A DNA stretch of 64,000 nt from an uncultured Bacilli bacterium (GTDB taxonomy: Bacteria > Bacillota_I > Bacilli_A > RF39 > UBA660). Both the position numbers and the translations under genes were made by a program. The stretch covers positions 61,043 to 125,042 of the forward strand of contig CAJTZY010000002.1 of NCBI GenBank assembly GCA_910584085.1. The letters are read 5' to 3'. Below, piece after piece: positions 45,397 through 55,524 of this stretch (its first letter is position 1; each line of letters begins with the position of its first letter). The notes beneath the pieces were generated by a model. It saw nothing but the letters and a program-made list of their open reading frames with translations. It was not told the origin of the DNA and did no database searches.

Positions 45397-46572
45397 ATGA
45401 AAAAGAGTATTAGGGAAATAGATTTAAATAATAAAAAAGTAATAATAAGAGTAGATTTTAATGTACCTATAAAAGATGGAATAATACTTGATGATAATAG
45501 AATAATTGCAAGTTTAAAAACAATAAACTATGCAATAAAAAATGGTGCAAAAGTAATACTTATGAGTCACTTAGGTAGAATTAAAGAAGAAAAGGATAAA
45601 GATAAAAATACTTTAAAACCTGTTTCTATAAGACTTAGTGTGCTTTTAGGAAAACCTGTTTTATTTATAAATAAAACTAGAGGGGAAGAATTAGAAAACG
45701 CTATTAACAACTTAAAAAGTGGAGAGGTTCTTTTAATGGAAAATACTAGATTCGAAGATTTGGAAGGTAAAAAAGAATCCCTAAATGATAGTGAACTTGG
45801 TAGGTATTGGGCATCTTTAGGAGATATATTTATTAATGATGCATTTGGGACAAGCCATAGGTCTCATGCATCTAATGTAGGAATATCAAAATTTTTGCCA
45901 AGTGGGATGGGTTTTTTAATAGAAGAGGAATTAAGTAATTTTGATGTACTTGAAAATCCTAAAAGACCTTATACGGTAATACTTGGTGGGGCTAAAGTAA
46001 AAGACAAAATAGGCGTTATAGAAAATTTAGCAAAAAAATGTGATTATTTATTAATAGGTGGGGGAATGGCTTATACTTTTTTAAGTTCCTTAGGATATAA
46101 TGTAGGTGCTTCACTTTTGGATAAAAATTCAATAGAATTTTGTAAAAACATGTTAGAACAGTATAAAGATAAAATAGTATTACCAGTTGATTCCACTACT
46201 TCAAAAGTATTAGATGGAGATATTGAACTTAAAAATAATGATGAGTTTAAGGATGATGATATAGGACTTGATATAGGAAGTAATACTATAGATAAGTTTA
46301 AAGAAATTTTAAAAAAATCAGAAACTATAGTATGGAATGGCCCTTTGGGATATTTTGAACTTGAAAAGTATTCAGATGGTACTAAACAAATTTTGGATAC
46401 ACTTTCTAAAGAAAAAAAGATTGTAATTATAGGCGGGGGAGATACTGCAAGTGCAGCTATTAACTTTGGCTATAAAGATAAATTTACACATATTTCAACA
46501 GGAGGAGGAGCATCTTTAGAACTTCTAGAAGGTAAAACTTTACCTGGAATAGATGTTATAGATGATAAATGA
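45397..46572 (+). CDS. pgk: phosphoglycerate kinase
   Basis: 391 aa with PGK signatures (RVDFNVP..., GGGDTA...GGGAS). Confidence 0.9.
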   Translation: MKKSIREIDLNNKKVIIRVDFNVPIKDGIILDDNRIIASLKTINYAIKNGAKVILMSHLGRIKEEKDKDKNTLKPVSIRLSVLLGKPVLFINKTRGEELENAINNLKSGEVLLMENTRFEDLEGKKESLNDSELGRYWASLGDIFINDAFGTSHRSHASNVGISKFLPSGMGFLIEEELSNFDVLENPKRPYTVILGGAKVKDKIGVIENLAKKCDYLLIGGGMAYTFLSSLGYNVGASLLDKNSIEFCKNMLEQYKDKIVLPVDSTTSKVLDGDIELKNNDEFKDDDIGLDIGSNTIDKFKEILKKSETIVWNGPLGYFELEKYSDGTKQILDTLSKEKKIVIIGGGDTASAAINFGYKDKFTHISTGGGASLELLEGKTLPGIDVIDDK

Positions 46573-47572
46573 TATGAAAAAGAAGTTAAATATAGTTATA
46601 CTAGTAGCTATAACAGGTTTAGTATTATATTTTTCACTTAGAAATGATTTTAGTGCTATAGTAAATCAAATATTTAATATGAATATATGGTTTCTTCTTA
46701 TAGCCTTTATTTTCTTAATTTTATTTTGGATATTTAGAAGTTATCCTATGTATTCTTTTTGCAAAAAGATAAATAAAGATTTTAAATATGGCCAGGCAAT
46801 GCAGCTTACCCTTAGAACACAGTTTTTTAATGCAGTAACGCCTTTTGCAACAGGGGGACAACCATATCAAATATATTATTTAAAAAAGTGTGGTATAGAT
46901 TATGCAAGTTCTACTGGAGTTGTACTGGAAAATTTTATTGTTTATCAAATAGCTTTAGTAATTCTTGGATTAATATCCTTAGTAACTAATCAAGTATTAC
47001 ATATATTTAATCGTGTTTATTTACTTCAGAAACTTATCGCACTAGGTTTTGTAATAAATACATTAGTAATAGTTTTAATGTTTGTTTTAGCTTTTTCAAC
47101 TAAAATAAATAGATTTTTAATAAACTTAGGAATAAATATTTTGACAAAATTTCATATAGTAAAAAATAGGCAAGAGAAACAGGAAGAATGGGATAAAAAT
47201 ATAAATAAGTTTCATGCAAGTGTGATGTCACTGTTAAAAGATAAAAAAACTTTTATATTTAATATTATTTATAATTTTATAGCTTTATGTTGTCTATATT
47301 TAATACCTTTATTAGTTATATATGCGATGGGAGAATTTAATGCATTTTCACCCGGTATTTCAGTTGTTACAAGTGCATATATAATGATTATTGGTTCATT
47401 TGTGCCAATTCCTGGTGGGACTGGAGGTCTCGAATATGGATTTATCGCATTTTATGGAAATTTTGTTACAGGAAGTAAATTATCTGCTATGATGCTAGTT
47501 TGGAGATTTATTACGTATTATTTTGGCATGATAGTTGGTGCAATCGCACTTAATATAAAGAAGGTGAAATAA
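46562..47572 (+). CDS. polytopic membrane protein, lysylphosphatidylglycerol-synthase-TM / flippase-like (UPF0104)
   Basis: About 8 TM helices. Overlaps the pgk end and abuts the GT4 start. Confidence 0.55.
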   Translation: MINDMKKKLNIVILVAITGLVLYFSLRNDFSAIVNQIFNMNIWFLLIAFIFLILFWIFRSYPMYSFCKKINKDFKYGQAMQLTLRTQFFNAVTPFATGGQPYQIYYLKKCGIDYASSTGVVLENFIVYQIALVILGLISLVTNQVLHIFNRVYLLQKLIALGFVINTLVIVLMFVLAFSTKINRFLINLGINILTKFHIVKNRQEKQEEWDKNINKFHASVMSLLKDKKTFIFNIIYNFIALCCLYLIPLLVIYAMGEFNAFSPGISVVTSAYIMIIGSFVPIPGGTGGLEYGFIAFYGNFVTGSKLSAMMLVWRFITYYFGMIVGAIALNIKKVK

Positions 47573-48813
47573 TGAGAATAGGTATATTTACAGATACATA
47601 TCCTCCTTTTATAAATGGGGTATCAACAAGCATAAAAATGCTTGAAAATGCATTAAGGAAAAAGGGCCACAAAGTATTTATTGTAACTGTTAATCCAGAG
47701 GATATGTCATATCACTTCGATGATAATGGAAGAATTATAAGGATACCAGGTATACCAACCGGAATATATGATTATAGACTTACAACTTTTTATCCAATAA
47801 GAGCAGTAAAAAGAATAAAGAAGTGGAATTTGGATGTTATTCATACCCATACAGAGTTTGGAATAGGTACATTTGCTCGTGTAATAGGTAAACAATTTGA
47901 TATACCTGTTGTACATACATATCACACAATGTATGAGGATTACGTTCATTATATTACTAAAGGATATTTTGATGGACCAAGTAAAAAAATAGTTGAATAT
48001 TTAACAAAGTTTTATTGTGATAAAACAATTGAAGAACTAATAGTTCCAACTAAAAAAACTTATGATTTATTTAAGGAAAAATATAAGTATGATAGAAATG
48101 TTCATATAATTCCTACTGGAATAGAAATAGAAAGATTCTATAAAGAGAATATAAAAACTGATATGTTAGATATTTTGAGAAAAAAATTAAATATAAAAAC
48201 TGATGATATAGTAGTTTTATTTGTTGGTAGAATAGCCTCTGAAAAAAGTGTAGATTTTTTAATAAATAATCAAAAAGATTTAGTTAAAAAGAATAAAAAA
48301 TGTAAATTACTTATTGTAGGAGATGGACCAGATTTAGAAAAATATAAAAAATTAGCTATTAAAAACAAAATAGAGGAAAATGTTATATTTACTGGTAAAG
48401 TCCCATGGGATGAGGTACCACTTTATTATAATTTGTCTAATATATTTGTAACCGCATCTCATACAGAAACACAAGGTTTAACTGTAATAGAGGCTATGGC
48501 ATCTACACTTCCTGTAGTCGCACTTGATGATGAGAGTTTCAGAAACACAGTTGTAGATGAACTTACTGGTTATTTATTTAAAAATAAAAAAGAGTATTTA
48601 AATAGAATGTTGAAATTAATAGAATGTGAATCCTTAAGAGTAAAAATGGGAAATCAGGCAAGGATTAATTCAGAAACTTATTCATCAAAATATTTTGCTG
48701 AAAGAGTATTGGAAGTATATAGATTATCTTTAAAAGGTAAGGAAAGAGGTAAAAATAAATCTTATATTTCTAGAGTAAAAAATACTATTACAAGAGGATT
48801 ACATGGCAAATAA
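47572..48813 (+). CDS. GT4 glycosyltransferase (diacylglycerol glycosyltransferase-like)
   Basis: MRIGIFTDTYPPFINGVS... and the E-x7-E region; GT-B fold, family 4 pattern. Confidence 0.75.
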   Translation: MRIGIFTDTYPPFINGVSTSIKMLENALRKKGHKVFIVTVNPEDMSYHFDDNGRIIRIPGIPTGIYDYRLTTFYPIRAVKRIKKWNLDVIHTHTEFGIGTFARVIGKQFDIPVVHTYHTMYEDYVHYITKGYFDGPSKKIVEYLTKFYCDKTIEELIVPTKKTYDLFKEKYKYDRNVHIIPTGIEIERFYKENIKTDMLDILRKKLNIKTDDIVVLFVGRIASEKSVDFLINNQKDLVKKNKKCKLLIVGDGPDLEKYKKLAIKNKIEENVIFTGKVPWDEVPLYYNLSNIFVTASHTETQGLTVIEAMASTLPVVALDDESFRNTVVDELTGYLFKNKKEYLNRMLKLIECESLRVKMGNQARINSETYSSKYFAERVLEVYRLSLKGKERGKNKSYISRVKNTITRGLHGK

Positions 48814-49516
48814 ACTAATAGTTGGCAATATAAAAATGAATATGAAGTTTGAAGAACTTTCTAGTTACCTTGCCTTTTTTAAAAATATTAATTCAAAAAA
48901 TCTTATTATATGTCCAAGTTATATATACATACCATACTTTTTAAAATATAATTTTGAAGTAGGAAGTCAGAATGTATGTGCATATAATGATGGAACTTAT
49001 ACAGGTGAGGTATCTGCTAGTCAGTTATATTCACTTGGGGTTAGATATACTATAGTTGGACATAGTGAGCGTAAACTTAAATTAAATGAATCTGATTTGG
49101 ATATAAATAAAAAAGTAATAAGTTCAATAAATTCTAAATTAAATGTTATTTTATGTATTGGAGAACCATTAGAAGAAATGGATATATTAGAAAAAAATAA
49201 AATATTAAAAAATCAAATTGTAAATGCTTTAATTAACGTAGATGATTTAAATAACGTGATAATAGCCTATGAACCTGTATGGTCTGTTGGAACAAATAGA
49301 TTACCAGATAATGTAGAAATAGAAAGGACTATAAAATATATAAAACAATTAGTTTTTGATATGTATAATCAAAATACTCGTGTAATATATGGTGGCAGTA
49401 TTAATGAAAAAAACATATTGAAACTAAATGATATAGATGTATTAGATGGATTTTTAATAGGTTCAGCTAGTGTAGATCCATCTAAATTTATACAAATAAT
49501 TAATGAAGTAATGTGA
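48803..49516 (+). CDS. tpiA: triosephosphate isomerase (divergent)
   Basis: Catalytic residues conserved: GNIKMN (Lys), GHSERK (His) and AYEPVWSVGTN (Glu). 237 aa. Confidence 0.75.
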   Translation: MANKLIVGNIKMNMKFEELSSYLAFFKNINSKNLIICPSYIYIPYFLKYNFEVGSQNVCAYNDGTYTGEVSASQLYSLGVRYTIVGHSERKLKLNESDLDINKKVISSINSKLNVILCIGEPLEEMDILEKNKILKNQIVNALINVDDLNNVIIAYEPVWSVGTNRLPDNVEIERTIKYIKQLVFDMYNQNTRVIYGGSINEKNILKLNDIDVLDGFLIGSASVDPSKFIQIINEVM

Positions 49517-49535
49517 GTTTCAAAAATTGATAATA

Positions 49536-49542
49536 TTCGACA
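49536..49542. promoter_or_regulatory. perfect Spo0A box (TTCGACA = reverse complement of TGTCGAA) upstream of spo0A
   Basis: Exact 0A-box heptamer about 90 nt upstream of the spo0A ATG. A TGTCATA-like half follows 8 nt later. Confidence 0.45.
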
Positions 49543-49629
49543 AAGTATGACAAAACTAGATAAAATAATCTCTAGAAGCTTTAAGCAGTATGTAGTATAA
49601 TCTAAATAGAATAGAAAAGGGAGATAATT

Positions 49630-50388
49630 ATGAACAAAATAAAAGTTCTTATGATAGACGATAACATACAATTAATTGAGGCAGTAAAGGAGTATTTTGA
49701 AAGTAGTAAAATGATTGAAATATCATCAACAGCAAATGATGGAATAGATGGATTTTCTAAGATTCAAAGTGAAACATATGATGTAATAATTTTAGATCTT
49801 ATAATGCCTAAAAAGGATGGATTATATGTTCTTGAAGAAATGAAAAAGAAAAATATGGAAAAAAGAGTAATAGTTACAACTAGTTATAATGCACAAGAAA
49901 TAATTAGAGAAGTATCTGATTATGGAGTTAATTATTATATATTAAAACCATTTGATTTTGATGATTTAGAAAAGAGAATATTAGATTTATGTAATAGAAA
50001 GACAACAAGAAAAAATTTAGATCTTCATTATAATAATCTTCAAATTGCTATTACTAAAATTTTACATGAATTAGGAATACCATCTCATATAAAGGGTTAT
50101 CAATATATAAGAGAAGGTGTAAGTTTAATATTTGATAATCCAGAGATGATAGGTGGAATAACTAAAGAGTTATATCCAGAACTTGCAAATAAATTTGATA
50201 CAACTGTATCAAGAGTAGAAAGAGCTATAAGACATGCTATAGAAGTTAGCTGGAATAGAGGTAATTGGGATTTAATGGAGGAAATATTTGGCAATAGTGT
50301 AGATATTGATAGAGCAAAACCAACTAATTCTGAATTTATAGTAACAGTGGCTGATAAACTTAGATTAGATTATCACAAAGTAGGATAG
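49630..50388 (+). CDS. spo0A: stage 0 sporulation protein A
   Basis: Receiver domain with the phospho-acceptor D in ILDLIMP. C-domain IAITKILHELGIPSHIKGYQYIREGV...SRVERAIRHAIEVSWNRGN...KPTNSEFI, the Spo0A_C signature. A terminator at 50386-50420 follows. Confidence 0.85.
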   Translation: MNKIKVLMIDDNIQLIEAVKEYFESSKMIEISSTANDGIDGFSKIQSETYDVIILDLIMPKKDGLYVLEEMKKKNMEKRVIVTTSYNAQEIIREVSDYGVNYYILKPFDFDDLEKRILDLCNRKTTRKNLDLHYNNLQIAITKILHELGIPSHIKGYQYIREGVSLIFDNPEMIGGITKELYPELANKFDTTVSRVERAIRHAIEVSWNRGNWDLMEEIFGNSVDIDRAKPTNSEFIVTVADKLRLDYHKVG

Positions 50389-50419
50389 TGAATAAGTCAC
50401 TATTTTATTTTTAATTTTT

Positions 50420-50448
50420 TTCTAAACCTTGACCCAATTCTAAACTTA
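50420..50448 (+). promoter_or_regulatory. sigma-A promoter TTGACC, 17 nt, TATAAT for the PFOR gene
   Basis: TTGACC at 50420-25, 17-nt spacer, TATAAT at 50443-48. Confidence 0.6.
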
Positions 50449-50482
50449 ATATATAATTAAAATATAAAGAAAAGGTGATGTT

Positions 50483-53400
50483 ATGAAACTAATAAAAACT
50501 ATGGATGCTAATGAAGCATGTGCTAGAACATCTTATATGTTTACAGAACTTGCTGGTATTTATCCAATTACTCCCTCAAGCCCCATGGCAGAACATATGG
50601 ATGAATGGAGTAGTAATACGTTAAATATATTTAATGACAAAGTAAAAGTAGTAGAAATGCAAAGTGAAGCAGGTGCTAGTGGATTTGTACATGGTGCTCT
50701 TCAGAACGGTGTGCTTAGTACAACATTCACGGCTAGCCAAGGGTTACTTTTAATGATTCCAAATATGTATAAAATGGCTGGAGAAATGTTGCCATGTGTC
50801 ATGCACGTTGCAGCACGCAGTTTATCTACTCATGCATTAAGTATATTTGGAGATCATCAAGATATATACGCTGCTCGTATGACTGGTTTTTGTATGTTAG
50901 CTTCTTCTTCAGTACAGGACGCATCATTTTTAAGTGGTGTTGCTCATTTAAGTGCAATAGAAGCAAGTTTACCTTTTATGCACTTTTTTGATGGATTTAG
51001 AACAAGTCATGAAATTCAAAAAATTGAAACGTTAGAACTTGAAGATTATAAAAAATTAGTAAATGTGGAAGCACTCAATAAATTTAGAAGTAAAGCTTTA
51101 AATCCAAGAAAACCTGATACACGTGGTGTAGCTGAAAACGATGACATATATTTTCAAGCAACAGAGGTTAGAAATAAGTTTTATGATGAGATACCCGATA
51201 TAGTAAATAGTTATATGGAAAAAATAAATGAAATGGCAGGAACTAGTTATAAGCCATTTGAGTTTTATGGAAGTAAAAATGCTAGTAAAGTAATAGTAGC
51301 TATGGGCTCTGTTTGTGAAACTATAAAAGAAGTAATTGATTCATTAGATAGTGATGTTGGACTTATAGAAGTACATCTATATAGGCCATTTAGTGCGAAG
51401 TATTTACTAAATGTACTTCCTAGTTCCGTTAAAAAAATAGCAGTACTTGATAGAACTAAAGAATTTGGATCATCTGGTGAACCATTATATTTAGATATAT
51501 TATCTGCACTTAAAGATAAAGATATTGAAATTGTTGGTGGAAGATATGGATTATCTAGTAAAAATACAACACCTAAAGATATAAAAGCAGTATATGATAT
51601 GTTAGATAATCCAAAAAATAATTTTACTATAGGGATAACAGACGATGTAACTAATTTAAGTTTAGACACTACTGATTTTGATATTAAAACGAGTAAAGAA
51701 ATACTTATATACGGATATGGTTCTGATGGTATGGTAAGTGCTTCTAAATCTATAATAAAATTAGTTGGTGATAATACTTCAAAATATGTTCAAGGATACT
51801 TTGAATATGACTCTAAAAAATCTGGTGGTGTAACAAAATCACATTTAAGAATAAGTGATAAAAAAATAAGATCTACATATTATGTAGAAAATCCTGATAT
51901 AGTAGTAGTATCTAAGGATAGTTATTTTAATGAATTTGAGATATTAAATAAAATTGATAAAAATTCTATAATGATTATAAATACTAGTAAGAGTGAAAGT
52001 GAATTATTAGATAGTTTTTCACCTAAATTAAGAGATTTATTATCTAGTAGTAATACTAAAATATATACTCTAAATGCCTATGATATCGCACAAAAGCGAG
52101 GACTTGGAAGTAAGATAAGTATGATTATGGAATGTGCTATTTTATATATTACAAATTTAGTAGATTATAATTTTTCTAAGCAAGAACTTATTAAATATAT
52201 TAAAGATAAATTTAGTAAAAAGGGTGATGAGATAGTAAATGCTAATATATCTGCTCTTGATATTACTGAATCTAATATAAAAGAAATAAAGTTAAATAAT
52301 AGTGATAGAAAAGAGAAAAAGCAAAATTTTGGTTTATATGAATCTATGTTTAATAGACTTGGAAATAGTTTACCTACATCGGCCTTTTTAACAATGCCAG
52401 GTGGTATATTTAAATCTGGAACTAGTAAATTAGAAGGAAAAGCAACAAGTGAGTTAGTACCACATTATATAAATGAAAATTGTATAAATTGTAATAATTG
52501 TGCGTATGTATGCCCTCATTCAGTAATAAGACCTTATTTATTATCTATTGATGAATATAATAGTGCTCCAGATTATGTAAAAACAAGATGTGTTAAGGCA
52601 ATAGGGATGGAAGATTATTACTTTGTAATAGGAATCTCCATAAAGAATTGTACAGGTTGTGGCCTTTGCATTAAAGCTTGTCCTGGAAAGAAAGGAAATA
52701 AAGCTTTAACCTTTAAATCACTTAGTGACGAAATTAAAGATAGAGAACAAGAAGTATTTGATTATTTAGATAATAATATAACTGATAAAAAGAAATTTAA
52801 TGAACTTACGGTAAAGGGAATTGGATTTAAAAAGCCAAAATTTGAATATTGTGGCGCATGTGCAGGATGTGGTGAAACAGCATATATAAGAATACTTACC
52901 CAACTTTTTGGAGATAACCTGGTAGTAGCAAATGCAACTGGATGCTCATCAATATATGGTGGATCCGCACCATCTACTCCATATAGTATTCCATGGGCAA
53001 GTTCACTATTTGAGGACAATGCTGAGTATGGATATGGTATGCTTATTTCAAATAATTTGATTAGAAATAGAATTAAAAATATTATGGAAAGTAATATGAA
53101 TAATTCAAATAAAGAGTTATTTAATGAATGGTTAAATAATTATGATGATTATGAAAAAACATTTAATGTTTATAATAGTTTAAATGATGATATACCACAA
53201 GAGTTAAAAGATTTAAAAGAATATATCCCATCAAGAAATTACTGGTGTATTGGCGGTGATGGCTGGGCATATGATATTGGATATGGAGGAATTGACCATA
53301 TACTAGCAAGTGGGGATAATATAAATATATTAGTACTTGATACAGAAGTTTATTCAAATACTGGTGGGCAATCTAGTAAATCTAGTAAAATAGGTTCTAT

Positions 53401-53872
53401 TGCATCCTTTGCAACATCTGGTAAAAAAATTAATAAAAAGGATTTAGCTCGTTTAGCTCTTTCTTATAAAAATGTATATGTTGCCCAAATCTCACTTGGT
53501 GCGAATATGATGCAAGTAATTAAGACACTTAAAGAGGCAAATGATTATCCAGGACCTTCAATAGTAATTGCTTATGCACCTTGTATATCACATGGTATAA
53601 AGGGAGGTATGTCAAATAGCGTTAATATGGAAAAAATGGCTGTAGATTGTGGATATTTTCCTACATTTAGAAGAGATCCAATAAAGGGATTTACACTAGA
53701 TAGTAAAAAAGTAGATTTTGATAAATATGAAGAATTTTTAAACCTTCAAACTAGATATTCAATGTTAAATAAAGTAAATAAAGAAAATTCAAAGGAACTA
53801 TTAGAACAAAATAAACAAGATGCAATAGAAAGATATGAATATTATAGTAGTTTACAAAGAGTTGACAATTAG
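50483..53872 (+). CDS. nifJ: pyruvate:ferredoxin (flavodoxin) oxidoreductase
   Basis: 1129-aa single polypeptide with two ferredoxin-type CxxCxxCxxxCP motifs and a TPP-binding domain (GDGW...). Confidence 0.9.
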   Translation: MKLIKTMDANEACARTSYMFTELAGIYPITPSSPMAEHMDEWSSNTLNIFNDKVKVVEMQSEAGASGFVHGALQNGVLSTTFTASQGLLLMIPNMYKMAGEMLPCVMHVAARSLSTHALSIFGDHQDIYAARMTGFCMLASSSVQDASFLSGVAHLSAIEASLPFMHFFDGFRTSHEIQKIETLELEDYKKLVNVEALNKFRSKALNPRKPDTRGVAENDDIYFQATEVRNKFYDEIPDIVNSYMEKINEMAGTSYKPFEFYGSKNASKVIVAMGSVCETIKEVIDSLDSDVGLIEVHLYRPFSAKYLLNVLPSSVKKIAVLDRTKEFGSSGEPLYLDILSALKDKDIEIVGGRYGLSSKNTTPKDIKAVYDMLDNPKNNFTIGITDDVTNLSLDTTDFDIKTSKEILIYGYGSDGMVSASKSIIKLVGDNTSKYVQGYFEYDSKKSGGVTKSHLRISDKKIRSTYYVENPDIVVVSKDSYFNEFEILNKIDKNSIMIINTSKSESELLDSFSPKLRDLLSSSNTKIYTLNAYDIAQKRGLGSKISMIMECAILYITNLVDYNFSKQELIKYIKDKFSKKGDEIVNANISALDITESNIKEIKLNNSDRKEKKQNFGLYESMFNRLGNSLPTSAFLTMPGGIFKSGTSKLEGKATSELVPHYINENCINCNNCAYVCPHSVIRPYLLSIDEYNSAPDYVKTRCVKAIGMEDYYFVIGISIKNCTGCGLCIKACPGKKGNKALTFKSLSDEIKDREQEVFDYLDNNITDKKKFNELTVKGIGFKKPKFEYCGACAGCGETAYIRILTQLFGDNLVVANATGCSSIYGGSAPSTPYSIPWASSLFEDNAEYGYGMLISNNLIRNRIKNIMESNMNNSNKELFNEWLNNYDDYEKTFNVYNSLNDDIPQELKDLKEYIPSRNYWCIGGDGWAYDIGYGGIDHILASGDNINILVLDTEVYSNTGGQSSKSSKIGSIASFATSGKKINKKDLARLALSYKNVYVAQISLGANMMQVIKTLKEANDYPGPSIVIAYAPCISHGIKGGMSNSVNMEKMAVDCGYFPTFRRDPIKGFTLDSKKVDFDKYEEFLNLQTRYSMLNKVNKENSKELLEQNKQDAIERYEYYSSLQRVDN

Positions 53873-53928
53873 TCAACTCTTTTTCTTGGATAAATATTTA
53901 TATTTATGGTACAATAAAATTGGTGATA

Positions 53929-54080
53929 GTATGAAGATAGATAAATTTAAATTTAGAGATGAAGAAGTTAATTTGGCAATATTTGATGATGATGAAATAG
54001 AAACAAATGAAGTACTAGAAGAAGAGTTAGATAAGACTATTAATATAAGTGAATTAATTGAAGGTGAAAAACATGAATAA
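53929..54080 (+). CDS. small acidic hypothetical protein (50 aa)
   Basis: MKIDKFKFRDEEVNLAIFDDDEIETNEVLEEELDKTINISELIEGEKHE with an RBS. The ORF-track start at 53835 looks too early. Confidence 0.4.
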
Positions 54081-55476
54081 TTATGAATTGATGCAAGTGT
54101 TTTTAGATATTGTTAAAGAGCTTTCAATTTCAAATCCACTAAATAAAATAGCAGAAAATACTATCTATTCCATTCTTATGGGATTTAATATAAGAGCAGA
54201 ACAATATCCATATCAAGACGTAACTGATATTTGGGATAGTGTTATAAAATACTATGATAATAATCAAAATATAAAAGTATATATACCAGAAAAAATGCAA
54301 AAATTCTTAGTATTAAGTAATGGTTCACTTAAAGGAAATGAGATAAAATTATATATTCCTCTTGATAAAAAGCATTTAGAGAAGGGATCTAAAGAAATAT
54401 TCAATTTTATATCTGGAAAAAATATTCCCCATCAATCTAAAATAGCAGGTAAAGTAAGAAATGATAATATAGTAATTAGAGTAAATACATTAGATGATGC
54501 AAAAGAAATAATAAATTTTGTAAATAGTAATGATTATATAAAGGAAGGGTTACTTAAACCAAATCCATTTTTGCCAAGTATTTATGGAGTAGGTGTAACT
54601 ATGGATAATAATTATTCATATAATTCAATTTTATCTAATTTAATCTACTCTTTCATACATGAATTAAAAGATAAAAATAGATTAGATCTATTTACAGTAG
54701 ATAATTTAAATATGTATATAAAAGGTAAAATAGATTTTGTAGATGATTTAGATTTAAAGGATATATTTACATTGCTTTCAAAAGTTATGGCTAAAGATTT
54801 TAAATTTGAAGATTTCTCTAGTTTTGCTAATATGAAAGTATTAGATAAATATGACAGTAATAGAAATAGAATAACTGATAGCAAATTTTATTTTGAAAGA
54901 GCAGTCGAACTTACTAATAAAAGCTATCCTAAAAAAGTAAGACAGGCTATAGAAGCCTATATAGACGGTAATGCAAAGGGTTTTACAAATAAAGATGATG
55001 TACGTTTTAGTTTAATGAAATATGTTGATTCTAGAAATGTAGTTAATATAATGAGATCTAAGTTAATAGAGCATAATAAGCCAGTTCCAACAGATATTCA
55101 TGCTTTAATAGATAGTTATGTTAATGTTTTGGAAAATAAAGAACTAAAAAGTAATATAAACTATATAATAGTATATAATTCAATAAAGTTTGCATATGTA
55201 GATACATTAAATAAATATGGATATGAACAAGTAAGTGGAGCTTTAAAATCACTTATATTAAGTGGTGATACTAAAAATTTCACTGATGATAATGGTTATA
55301 GAACAGAATTACAAAGAGTATTAAAATCTGTAGATTATAGAGAAATAAAAAAAATAGTATTAAGCGAGATAGATTTAGACAATTTAGATGTTAATGATAT
55401 AGATGAGATAGTAAATAGATTTAGTCAAAAAATGGTAAATGAATTATCAGTGAATGAAAATAATATAACAATGTAA
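54073..55476 (+). CDS. hypothetical protein (about 467 aa)
   Basis: ATG 54073 with an AGGTGA RBS; the alternative TTG at 54058 also possible. No recognisable motifs. A bidirectional terminator AAAAAGTTAGAAATCTAACTTTTTT follows at 55477-55503. Confidence 0.5.
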   Translation: MNNYELMQVFLDIVKELSISNPLNKIAENTIYSILMGFNIRAEQYPYQDVTDIWDSVIKYYDNNQNIKVYIPEKMQKFLVLSNGSLKGNEIKLYIPLDKKHLEKGSKEIFNFISGKNIPHQSKIAGKVRNDNIVIRVNTLDDAKEIINFVNSNDYIKEGLLKPNPFLPSIYGVGVTMDNNYSYNSILSNLIYSFIHELKDKNRLDLFTVDNLNMYIKGKIDFVDDLDLKDIFTLLSKVMAKDFKFEDFSSFANMKVLDKYDSNRNRITDSKFYFERAVELTNKSYPKKVRQAIEAYIDGNAKGFTNKDDVRFSLMKYVDSRNVVNIMRSKLIEHNKPVPTDIHALIDSYVNVLENKELKSNINYIIVYNSIKFAYVDTLNKYGYEQVSGALKSLILSGDTKNFTDDNGYRTELQRVLKSVDYREIKKIVLSEIDLDNLDVNDIDEIVNRFSQKMVNELSVNENNITM

Positions 55477-55524
55477 AAAAGTTAGAAATCTAACTTTTTT
55501 GATTATATTAAGATAAATAAAAAT

